A stretch of DNA of 64,000 nucleotides from positions 120,652,001-120,716,000 of the forward strand of contig OZ024741.1 of NCBI GenBank assembly GCA_964016885.1, read 5' to 3'. Below the pieces are notes generated by a model. The model did not search any database. It was given only the letters and a program-made list of their open reading frames with translations, and was not told the origin of the DNA. This stretch comes from Eledone cirrhosa (lineage: Eukaryota). The position numbers were made by a program, and so were the translations under genes. Positions 53,790 through 64,000 of the stretch are shown piece by piece (positions within the stretch are counted from its first letter, which is position 1; each line of letters opens with the position of its first letter).

Positions 53790-54540
53790 CCCCCTTTGCA
53801 CAAACTTGGCCGAGACCAGCCAATAATTTTTGTATTTAATAAAACAACAACAGTAATTTTGTGTATGTGTGTGACATGGGAACTAGTGTCCTCTGCCTCT
53901 TGGTCCCGACTAACAGTATGGAGAATATATTGCCTCAGAGGACGACAAGGGAGACGCACGAGAACAGCTATTTCACTTGCTGTCAGCCAGCTCCACTCCA
54001 ATAGCAGTGAACAGGGATCAGGTCCGAGGACCAAGAATGCCAGAAGTCTCCACTGCTACAGGCTTTACCACAAACCTATCTGAGAGTGGCAGATACTTGG
54101 ACAGTTTTTCCCTCTTCGGCCTGATGGGCAGTAGAATCTGGGCTGATAACCGACCACACCATGTTGCTACTAGAGGTGTCACAGCATGTGGCATCTCAGA
54201 TGAGGGTAAAGCAAATGTCAGGTGGGAGGATTGGTAAACCAAGGATAAGGACGTCTTCCTTAGGGGTCACCTACATCTGATGGAGTGATGAATGTATGTC
54301 TGGGGCAGAGGCCGCAAGGCCCTCTGCATCATAATTGACATTTACGACCTCCCACCTGGACGAGTTGTTTTGAGATCCTGACAGGCGCTCTCTGCGGGCC
54401 CACTAATCGCTTCGTCCAGGTACCAGATGTTGAGAAGAGCGGTGATGCTCCAAACAACACAGTCCACCCCAAGAGCGAAGAGGAGGCAGTCCAATGGATT
54501 GCCTTGTTGGACGCCGGTTGAGGATGGTATGATTTTTCTA
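53790..54540 (-). mobile_element. CRE-like (restriction-like endonuclease) non-LTR retrotransposon relic
   Basis: IPSSTGVQQGNPL..LLFAL and WYLDE (degenerate QGDPL/YLDD); KREKLSKY...FVVKPVAVETSGILGP resembles the REL endonuclease region; large internal deletion. Confidence 0.6.
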
Positions 54541-54586
54541 TTCTCTGTATTATATGACAAAATTCCTTCCTTGACAACTTGTATAG

Positions 54587-54759
54587 ATGTGAGAGTATCT
54601 GCTGCCGAATCTTTGCCTTACCTCTTGGAATGTGCCCGAATCAAGGGAGACAACTACGTAGCCGACATGTGGAGCTATATCTGTCCACATTTATTTAAGG
54701 CTATTATGTATGAACCTGAACGTGCTGTAGTACCAGACCATTTGGCATCTTTAGCAAAG
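54587..54759 (+). CDS. IPO5: IPO5 visible exon 19
   Basis: gtatag|AT...AAG|gtattt; (D)VRVSAAESLPYLLECARIKGDNYVADMWSYICPHLFKAIMYEPERAVVPDHLASLAK. Confidence 0.95.
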
Positions 54760-55086
54760 GTATTTCTTTCTCTTAATCACAATGTCTTGTCTATTCATAA
54801 ATGTGACCCTCATTGCAGCCTTTTGAGTGCCTTGAGTATATAAGAGAGGAACAAGGTCCCTAGCCTGTTTGAGACATCAGTAGCTCTGATTAAGTGCTGA
54901 TTTTATTGGTTGGTTGGTTGATTCCTTCTCACTACTTCATTCATGAATATAACATCTTATGCATAGAGAAACTATGCATAATTGTTTTCTCATTTTTTAT
55001 CTATTATTTACTCTCTTCCCTTCTCTCTCTATATATATATTTTTAAATCTATTTAACTATATTTATAATCTCATATTTTGTTGCAG

Positions 55087-55198
55087 TGTATTGAAAATCT
55101 TGGTAAAGGTTGTTTAAGCAATGATCACATGTTTGAACTGGTAGCTATTATTGATTCATTCATGACGGAACACTTCAGTAGACAAGAAGAAAGATTAG
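55087..55198 (+). CDS. IPO5: IPO5 visible exon 20
   Basis: ttgcag|TGT...TTAG|gtatgt; CIENLGKGCLSNDHMFELVAIIDSFMTEHFSRQEERL. Confidence 0.94.
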
Positions 55199-55269
55199 GT
55201 ATGTCATCCCCCCCCCCCTCTCTCTCTCTCTCTCAATATATATATATAAGGAGATAGAAAGCGAGTTAA

Positions 55270-55533
55270 TATAAAGAATGATGGTCTCATGTATGGAGAT
55301 GCTACGAAATGGCTTATAAAATAGTGTGAAGACCCTTAAAGATGGGAAAATGAAAAAAAAGAAACTGCCATCGGCCGCTATAAGGAATTCAACCCCATAT
55401 CCCCCAGATACCAGTATCTGGAAGATATGTAGTTCAATTCATCAAAGTGGCTGGTGCCAACTTCTTTTTTCTGTCTTTTAAAGGTTTTCACCCTATTTTA
55501 TAGCATCTCTGTGCATGAGCATATTCTTTATAT
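55270..55533. repeat. About 260-bp imperfect fold-back element
   Basis: TATAAAATAGTGTGAAGACCCTTAAAGA / TCTTTTAAAGGTTTTCACCCTATTTTATA arms; central CATATC..CCAGATAC/GTATCTGG..GATATG. Confidence 0.75.
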
Positions 55534-55586
55534 TTGCAGCTCTTAGAGTCCAAGAGATCTGCTATGTATCTTTGTGTATAAATGTA

Positions 55587-55673
55587 TACGGGGTACCCCC
55601 CAAAAATGTATACACACTTTGTTTAATTAGACTGCTGTTTGAGTGTGTATATATTTTTTGGGGACACCCTGTA
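55587..55673. mobile_element. Tiny Tc1/mariner-type MITE
   Basis: TA-CGGGGTACCCCCCAAAAATGTATACACACT / AGTGTGTATATATTTTTTGGGGACACCCTG-TA. Confidence 0.7.
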
Positions 55674-55766
55674 TATATATATCTCTAATACAAAACTTGT
55701 TTTAAACTGTTTGTATATCTAAAAAATTTCTATCATAATTATATGTCAGATATGCTCCAAACTTCA

Positions 55767-55972
55767 TTAACCCTTTAGCATTTGAACTGGCTGTATCCGG
55801 CCAGAATTCTCTCATCTTTGTTCAAACCGGCTGTAACTGGCCACTCATACTGATGTTAAGATGATATTCTCAAAATAAATATCAAAATCTCATAGATTCG
55901 ATATTATGTGAGATAAAGTGTTTACCGTAAAAATATAATATAGACAGAGTATTGTAAATGTTAAAAGGTTAA
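55767..55972. mobile_element. piggyBac-type MITE family A copy nested in a family B copy
   Basis: TTAA-flanked; the flanks rejoin as the family B sequence CTCCAAAC..TTAA.TAATGAGAAAGTTAGTTATA. Confidence 0.85.
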
Positions 55973-56582
55973 TAATGAGAAAGTTAGTTATATTTCTAAA
56001 TACTTTAAATTATTATTTTCTAAATCTTTCCAAAATCATAGGCAGTCTTTGATTAGAAATATTACAAAACTTGCAATCTATCAGTTAGTCCAGTGCAACT
56101 ATTTAAACACTATACAGTTATATTTTGTTAGTGATTGTTCTTTATATATATAATATATGCTGTGTATATCCTGGTGTCTGATAAGAGTCAACTAAATGGG
56201 TTGGCTGTCAAACATTGTCTCAAAACATCCTGTCAAACCTATGCCAACATAGAAAGGTGGATATAAAAACTAATAATGAAGAAATCAATCAACAAGATTC
56301 ATGGTCTCATTTGCTTATTGATTTGGGTGGAACTCATCAGATCAGACCAAGGAAACAATGTTTCCATTGCTGGTTACTGGTCGCAACTCATGGCAGAAAG
56401 AGCAGCGTGAAATAAAGTGTCTTGCTCAAGGACATAACACATCACCCTGTTTGGGAATCAAACTCGCAACCTCATATTTACAAATCCAATTAAACCATAA
56501 GTATACATCAAATGGAACAAAACCGTCTGACCCATGTTAGCGTGGAAGATGGATGTTAAACGATGATGATGATGATGATGAT

Positions 56583-56644
<62 letters not shown>

Positions 56645-56670
56645 CATCAGTATATTCAATTTCATATGTG

Positions 56671-56888
56671 TTAACCCTTTTTAGCATTTAAACTGGCCAT
56701 ATCTGACCAGAATTCTTTCACCTCATTCTGTTCAAATCAGCCCTCACCGGCCACTCATACCAGCATTACGGTATTGTTCTCAAAATAAATAATATCAAAA
56801 TCTCATAGATTTAATATTATGTGAAGTAAAGCCTTTACTGCGAAAATACAATAGTAAATATAGAATAATTCAAATGCTAAAGGTTTAA
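56671..56888. mobile_element. piggyBac-type MITE family A copy
   Basis: TTAACCCTTTTTAGCATTTA...AAATGCTAAAGGTTTAA. Confidence 0.85.
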
Positions 56889-57387
56889 GCAACTGAGATA
56901 ATAAGACCTGTTTCCCCACTCTGGATCAGTTGCCAGTCTATCACAGGGTTAACCACAAGCTACTTTTTCCCAGCTGAGTGGACTGGAGCAACATTTTGCT
57001 CAAAGACACAATGCAGCACTCAGTTTGGAAATCAAACTTATAACCTTATGATAGACTAGCTCCCTAAACATTAGGTCACGCCTCTCGAAAATTAACTATC
57101 AATAGTAGTGGGATGCTGTTAATCTCCTATTACTGGTATTGCATTTTGTTGAGAGTAAAAACACTTATGTTCAATGTACCAATACACCTACCTTTAAATA
57201 GGTACTGTGGAGTGGTGCTGTAGCTCACTGCTCTTAATAACCACCACTGTCAAAGTTATTTTGCAGAACTGAGATTATTATTGTTGTCATTACTACTGCT
57301 AGTAGTACTGCCACTACTACTACTATCATCATCATCGTTTAACATCCATCTTCCACGCTTGCAGAACTTTTTCTATTTTACTTCCAG

Positions 57388-57443
57388 AAAGAAGAAAAGA
57401 TGAAGATTTTGATGAATTTGCAGAAGAAGAACTACAGGAAGAG
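57388..57443 (+). CDS. IPO5: IPO5 visible exon 21
   Basis: ttccag|AA...GAG|gtcagt; RRKDEDFDEFAEEELQEE. Confidence 0.92.
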
Positions 57444-58274
57444 GTCAGTAAGATGTGGTTGTTATTGATGAGCATGGATGGAATAAGGTGTAGTTGTTGT
57501 GATGGGCTTGGATGGAATAAGATGTAGTTGTGAGAGTGCAATGATGCTTGGTAGTGAGAAATGAGTGTTAAATGCAGAGGATGTATAGAGATTAGAGAGA
57601 AATGAGGTGAGCTTGCTCTGTTAGTGTGTATGAAGAATGGGGTGTGGATGAACTAAGAGTAAAGTTGTATGTAAGAGGAATCAGATGTAGAGAGAAAACT
57701 GCACTGGTTTGGACATGTGACGCGAGTGGAGGAAGACCAAGAAAGACCTGGGCAGAGGTGGTAGAGCTGATCTCAAAGTCCTGAACCTCAAGAAGGAAAT
57801 GATGGAGGAACATTATGGGTGTGTGGAGGCTATGCTGGAAAAGACCTGTCCAACCGATGCAAGCATGGAAAAGCAGACATAAAATTATGATGATGAGGGT
57901 ACATTATAAATATAGATAACTATCATCATTTTTCATGTCCATTTCATTGGTTAGGCAAGTCTTCTCTCATACAGCTTCCCTCTACTTGGTGCATTCCTTT
58001 GTTATCTCTGTGTACTTCAATATTCTGATCAGTTTTCACTACTTCTGCCCTAGTCTCCCTCTACTGTAGCTACTTCCACTAGGATCCAAGGAAATTTCTT
58101 CCATATGCATCATATGTCCATACCAGCTCAATCTTTTTTCTTGTACGCTACATTTGATTTCTCTTGTACAAATATATTTATTTTTTAAATAAAAAAACAT
58201 TGCTAGTATGGTTTTTTTTCTTTTTTTTTCTTCTTCGTAAAATCTGAAGATAACCTTTTCTTTAATTTCTCTAG

Positions 58275-58397
58275 GATCAGGAGGATGTTTATATTTTGAG
58301 CAAAATCTCTGATATTACTCATGCACTGTTTGGTACCCATAAAAAAGATTTTATTCCAATATTTGATACAATGTCACCGCATTTTGCCAAACTGCTT
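58275..58397 (+). CDS. IPO5: IPO5 visible exon 22
   Basis: ctctag|GAT...CTT|gtaagt; DQEDVYILSKISDITHALFGTHKKDFIPIFDTMSPHFAKLL. Confidence 0.94.
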
Positions 58398-58427
58398 GTA
58401 AGTACTTTTTTTTTTTTTTACTCATTA

Positions 58428-58845
58428 TTAACCCTATCATTTTCATACTTCTCATGAAAGACACTGCCTATGATTTAAAAAAAAAATTACAACTAATCGA
58501 GAATTTGGAGGGATTTAGTAATATAACTAACTTTCTTGTTATTAACCTCTTTATTACCATTTTTCTCATGAAATGGACTGCCTATGGTTTTCAAATAATT
58601 ATTTTAATAATGAAGAATTTGGAGGGATTTATTAATATAACTAACTTTCTCATTATTAACCCTTTTTTTTAACATTTCTCATGAAAGACACTCTATGGTT
58701 TTCCAAAAAACATTTCAAATAAAAATTTGGAAGGATTTAGTAATAAACTAACTTTCTCATTATTAAGCTGGTGTTTGAAACAACTTTTACAGAAAATTAT
58801 GATGGAACTGAAGAAGTTGGGGTAGTTTGGTATTAAATGTATTGA
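58428..58845. repeat. Tandem triplication (114-bp unit) of the left arm of MITE family B
   Basis: Units start at TTAACC at 58428, 58542 and 58656. Confidence 0.75.
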
Positions 58846-60356
58846 CAAATTACAGTTATCCGACTGAGATGGATGTAATGTATTTTGATCATAAACAAAG
58901 AGAGCCATACTGAAAATAATTCCATTAACCCGTTCATTACCATATTTCTAATGAAATACAGTCTCTAATATTATTGAAAATAATGAATTTTGAGGGATTT
59001 ATGAATGTAACTAACTTCTCAGTATTTATTGTTATCTGGTGTTTGGAACATAACTTAACAAAGGTTCTTGCATAAAATTATGATGGAAGACTTTTAGATA
59101 AATATGATCATTTTTATCCCTTTGGTACCAACATGGTCAAAATCAGCTCTGGTTCTATGAAACAAAAGCACTTATTTTAAAGAGTTCCTGATTAAATTAA
59201 CATCTTCCAGCATAATTTAATATTAGAACCATACATTAAGTTACTATTTTAGTGGTAAAGTTGCTTGGCTTAGTGTTTAGAGTGTTGGACTAATGATTAT
59301 AGTGTCACAGGTTTGATTCCTAGACCAGATGGTGTGTTGTGTTCTTGAGCAAAACCCTTGATTCCATGTTACTCCAGTACACTCAGTTGAAAATGAGTAC
59401 CAGCAGTAAGTAGTGGTTAATTCTGTGATGAACTGGCATCCTGTTCATGGAAAGTCTTTTACTCCCAGTCACTTAACACTGACAAAACATGAATAGGCTG
59501 ATGAGCTTCTGTGTTTGGGAAAGAAAAAAAAAAAAACTATCTCAGTAGTGGAATAATTAATGATTTTAATAAATCATTCAAAATTGTCCATTGATTAATT
59601 GAAATAGAGTGAATCTCATAAGAAATAGGGTCATAAAAGGTTTAACTCTTTCATGGCTGCATTTCCAATGAAATACACTCTATTTTAATTAATTAATGAA
59701 GAATTTTGGGGGATTTCCTAAAATTATTAATTATTTCATTACTAAGATAGTGATGTAAGGTTCTTATATAAAATTATGTTGGAAGATTTTAATTAAAATT
59801 GGACACCTTAAAAAATAGGTGATTTTATTTCATAGAGCCAGAGCTGGTTTTGTAACTAAATGGTTAAAACATGATCTTGTATCATAGAATATGGAGCAGT
59901 TTTGGATGGTTTGGCGTGAAAAGGATTAAAAAGCATGTTTACGTAGTTGAAGGGCCGTTTCAAATGGTTCGGCATGAAGAGAGTTAAAAAGCAAGTTTAC
60001 ATCGCACTCATATAATTTTTTGACACCCTTTTACAACGATCTAGATGCTGTAAAAGAATGATGGTAGTATTGACCCCCCATGGCTACGTTGTCAGATGGA
60101 ATTATTAACCACCTCTCTCTTTCGTTTACAGACATGTTTTCTCTTATAATTATTGTTTGTTTGATTTGAGCTGGCATTAGTTGATCATCCTATATTACTA
60201 CTTGTTACAATTACACCTGTCTTCCTTTAGTGATATTCTCTTTCTTTTACTCAATGTAAACTCCACTTTGTGTTGCTTTTGTCCTTGTATTGCCCCCAAT
60301 ATCTTGGGGCCGTGTGGTCAATACAAGAAATCATTATTATTTATCATCTTCCATAG

Positions 60357-60431
60357 AATCCAGACCGACCTTGGGCTGACCGACAATGGGGGTTGTGTGT
60401 TTGGGATGATGTTATTGAACATACAGATATT
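60357..60431 (+). CDS. IPO5: IPO5 visible exon 23
   Basis: ccatag|AAT...ATT|gtaagt; NPDRPWADRQWGLCVWDDVIEHTDI. Confidence 0.94.
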
Positions 60432-60701
60432 GTAAGTACCAGTTTTCTTTTACACTGTGTCCTGTCTATTGTGTATCAACTCGTATATTCTATGTCTGTG
60501 TCTTAGTTGCTGTGTATCAACTCATTTTGTTTATGTCTGAAGTATTAGCCCCCAGTGTTTTGTCTGTTGTTTATCAAGTTATGCTTTATATTTTGTTTGC
60601 TGCACATGAATCGTGCTTTATGTCTTGTCTGCTGTGTATCAACTCCTATGCTTTATGTCCATAAAGTATAAGAAACCATTCTGTAACAGTGTGTGGGTAA
60701 G

Positions 60702-60928
60702 TCAACCCATTAGCATTTAAACCAGCCATATCCGGCCAAAATTCACTTACCTCTCTTTGTTAAAACCAGCTGTAACTGGTTGATCATACTGATGTTAAGG
60801 TATTGTTCTCAAAATAAATAACATCAAAATCTCATAGATTTGATATTGTTAGATAATTATTTAAGGTAAAGCTTTGACCACAAAAATACAATAGTATATA
60901 TAGAGTAATGTAAATGCTAAAGGGTTAA
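60702..60928. mobile_element. piggyBac-type MITE family A copy
   Basis: CCCATTAGCATTTA...TAAATGCTAAAGGGTTAA. Confidence 0.85.
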
Positions 60929-61838
60929 TCCTGTGAAGAACATAATCACTCCTAGTGTTGGTGCCAGAACAAAATGCAGCCATTCGATCTGTAAAGTGGT
61001 AATGCTGGGGCTACAATAAAAAGTATCCAGTACACTCTGTAATGTGGTAGTGCTGGTGACATGATGAAAAGTACCCAGTGCACTCTGTAAAGTGGTAGTA
61101 CTGGTGTAATGATAAAATGCAGGAAGCCTACTCTGTAAAGTGGTAGTACTGGTGACTAGATCCTTAAAATAAAGTACCAGTTAAGTACTGGGGTTGATAT
61201 CATCAACTGTGCTCCCATCCAAAATTGCTGGCATTGTACCTCAATGAGAAACCATTAATAGGTGTAGTGGATTGCCAGAACTGTTAGTATCTGGGGAAAA
61301 TGCCTTGTGGTATTTGTTCCAGCTTTTTGTCTTCAGTTCACATCCCGTCAAGGCCAACTTTGCCAATAATCCTTACTGCGGTTGATATATTCAGCTTGAC
61401 CCTTCCCAGTAAATTGCTGGCCTTGTGTCTAAATTAGAAACTACTACTAAAACCACCACCACTACCAAAACTACTAATACTACCACAACTATTACTGCTA
61501 TAACCACCAACACTACTACATTTTTTTATACAATAAAAAGAGAAAAGTAAATAAAATATATTTTGATCTAATGTATCTTTTTTTTTATATTTTATTTATA
61601 TAATTCTTTCTTCTTCTCCTTCACCCACTTATTCATGGGAGGTTCATAGCTGCAGGGTCCTCAAGTATGTCTTACAGCAGGTCCTGTCAGAAGCAATTGT
61701 CTCTAATTGATCTGGTTCTATCCCCACGTGAGACCAGCTGAGCTCATAGATGTTATCCAACCATCTTGCTCTGGGTCTCCTGCTGGTAATATTTCTTTTA
61801 TTTATATATATTTTTTTATATATCTAACTATTTTTTAG

Positions 61839-61983
61839 GCAGCACTAAAATATAGAGACTTTTTTGTGCCCCAAATGGTTCAGTCTATCTGTGATAAACG
61901 TCCTGAAGTACGTCAGGCAGCATCTTATGGTATTGGAGTCATGGCAATGTTTGCAGAACCTGTTTTTCATCAAGTTTGTGTTG
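61839..61983 (+). CDS. IPO5: IPO5 visible exon 24
   Basis: ttttag|GCA...GTTG|gtgagt; AALKYRDFFVPQMVQSICDKRPEVRQAASYGIGVMAMFAEPVFHQVCV. Confidence 0.95.
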
Positions 61984-62943
61984 GTGAGTTATTCATTTAC
62001 TACTTTTTTATTCTTTGGCTGGTTTCAGTCATTCAACACGACAAAAAGCATCCTACCCACTCTGTAATTGTGGTCGTGTTGGTGATACAACAAAAAGCAC
62101 CCAGTCCTCTCTGTAAAGTGGTTGGGTTAGTGACAAAACAAAAAGCACTCTGCGCACCTTTTAATGGTGGTTGTGTTGGCCACATGACAAAATGTGTTCA
62201 AACCCAGTTCAACCTGTCAGTTACTTGTGTTAGTGACATGACAAAAATTACCCAGTCCAACCTGTCGGTTGGTTATTTTGGTGCAACATTAAAAAACACT
62301 GAGTCCACACTGTAAATGTGGTTGGCATTAGAAAGGACATCAACCATAGAAACAATTCTGTATAAGCAAGACATGGTCATCTGATCTGGCTTGTCTCACA
62401 ATGTCAGGACAACTCATCTAACCCTTGCTAGCGTGGTAAATGGATATCAAACAATGATGATGATGACTGCAGCCATGCTGGGAGAACCACCTTGATTTAG
62501 TCGATCATATCAACTTTAGTGCAGTGACAAATTGGCGGTCATTAAAACATTGGATAGAATGCTTTACAACATTCATTCCAGCTCACTGCACTCATTGAGA
62601 TCAAATCCTGCTGAGGTCAGCTTTGCTTTTCATCCTTTTGAGATTGATAAAAAAAAAAAAAAAGGTGCCAGTCAAATATTGGGGACAATTCTTCCTCTAT
62701 TTCTCACTCCATCTCAATCCTCTGGAAGAAATCTGCTGTATTCAGGCCTAGAGAAGGGATGGGTTTTACAGGTTTCAAATGTGCAAGATGTGTTGTATGT
62801 CACTACTGTGCCTCAGGAGTTATAGGTGCATACATTCAGCAACCCCAGCATTTATTTTTTTTCAAGCCTGGTACTTATTTCATCTATATCTCTGTTTCTT
62901 TTTGTCAAACTGTTAAGTAACAAGTCATAGACATACATACGCT

Positions 62944-63275
62944 TCATCATCATCATTTCATTTTACGTCCACTTTTCCCTGCTTGCAAGGGTGGGACGGG
63001 AACTGATTCTGGCTTGATTTCTACAGCTGGATGCCCTTCCTAACACCAACCTCATTTACAGTGAGTGCTGGGTGCTTTTTTGCCGTGGCACCTCCACGAC
63101 CACTTTGCAGTGGAATGATAGGGACCCCAGTCCCTATCATCTCATTTCTACAGCTGAGTAAACTGGAGCAATGTGAAATAAAGTGCCTTGCTCAAGGAAA
63201 CAACACATCGCCCAGTCTGAGAATTGAACTCACAACCTTTCGATTGCAAGGCCAATGCTCTAACCACTAAGCCAT
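62944..63275 (-). mobile_element. CORE-like tRNA SINE, near-identical inverted copy of 22616-22962
   Basis: Same sequence in reverse; the ORF track gives an almost identical spurious peptide (MPFLTPTSFTVSAG...QCSNH). Confidence 0.85.
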
Positions 63276-63340
63276 GTATAAATATATATATATTTGGAAA
63301 TTATAGGCTCTATTTCATTTAAAATAGAGTAATGGAAGGG

Positions 63341-63563
63341 TTAACCCTTTGATTGCCATATTTCTGATGAATGACTGTATAATTTTGAAATCATTTTTTA
63401 AATAATCAAAAATTTGTAAGCTTTTCTTTGTTAAGCTGGAGTTTGGAACATATAACATAAAGGTTCTTTTATAGAATTGTGATAGAAGGTTTTTAGATAA
63501 ATATAAAGCTTTGTATTGTAGAACCAGGGCCAGTCTCAAGTAGTTTGGTGTTAAAAGGGTTAA
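63341..63563. mobile_element. TTAA-flanked MITE family B copy
   Basis: TTAA CCCTTT...AAAGGG TTAA. Confidence 0.75.
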
Positions 63564-63625
63564 CTACCTAAGATAACTTGTATTAGTTTTACAATGACTT
63601 TGTATTTCCTTTTTTTCCCTGCCAG

Positions 63626-63854
63626 AATCTTTACCAATGTTAGTGAAAGTATTACAACTGCAGGATTCACGGGAACCAGAGAACCTTGGTGCCACAGAGA
63701 ACATCATCTCAGCTGTTACAAAAATCTGCAAGTATTGTCCTAACCACATCAATGTAGATGATATTCTGCCCCATTGGCTCACTTGGTTACCAATATGGGA
63801 AGATGATGATGAAGCTGAACATGTCTATGACTACCTTTGTGATCTAATTCAAAT
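63626..63854 (+). CDS. IPO5: IPO5 visible exon 25
   Basis: gccag|AA...AT|gtaagt; SLPMLVKVLQ...ENLGATENIISAVTKICK...LPHWLTWLPIWEDDDEAEHVYDYLCDLIQ. Confidence 0.95.
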
Positions 63855-64000
63855 GTAAGTATACATATTTTTCATTTTAATCACATATCCACTCTGTTAA
63901 GTGGTCATTTTGGTGCCATGATAAAAAACATCCAGTCCACACTGTGACATGGTTGACATTAGGAAGGGCATCCACCTGTCGAAACCAAACCAAAATACAG

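Larger units (their letters stand above)
47456..54586 (+). other. U12-type (minor spliceosome) GT-AG intron of IPO5
   Basis: 5' splice site GTATCCTTT (47456-47464); branch site TTCCTTGAC (54567-54575) with the branch A 12 nt from the TAG acceptor; no polypyrimidine tract. Confidence 0.9.

Noticed and set aside
54427-54843. 138-aa stand-alone ORF
   Set aside because: Only 54587-54759 is coding (IPO5 exon 19); the rest is intron read-through. The same applies to other ORF-track extensions of exons

Overview
AT-rich, repeat-dense animal genomic DNA. The SINE, RTE and microsatellite complement looks like an octopod cephalopod, but that is an inference. The whole window lies inside one plus-strand gene encoding importin-5 (IPO5/karyopherin beta-3). 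I traced 25 consecutive coding exons from 5246 to 63854 (about 2976 nt, about 990 codons) with consistent splice phases; the first exon lies upstream and the last exon(s) downstream of the window. The introns hold CR1-like, RTE, Penelope-like and CRE-like retrotransposon relics, a DD34D mariner, an internally deleted piggyBac with its TTAA-specific MITE families, tRNA-derived SINEs and long microsatellites. Main observations: (1) a U12-type (minor spliceosome) GT-AG intron of 7.1 kb; (2) inside it, two RTE copies joined tail-to-tail through a perfect 52-bp palindrome; (3) a minimal type-I hammerhead ribozyme in sense orientation in an IPO5 intron, plus decayed relatives; (4) a +1 G frameshift in an otherwise intact IPO5 exon; (5) several strong fold-back hairpins near exons. 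No prokaryotic features, rRNA, true tRNA or CRISPR arrays were found.
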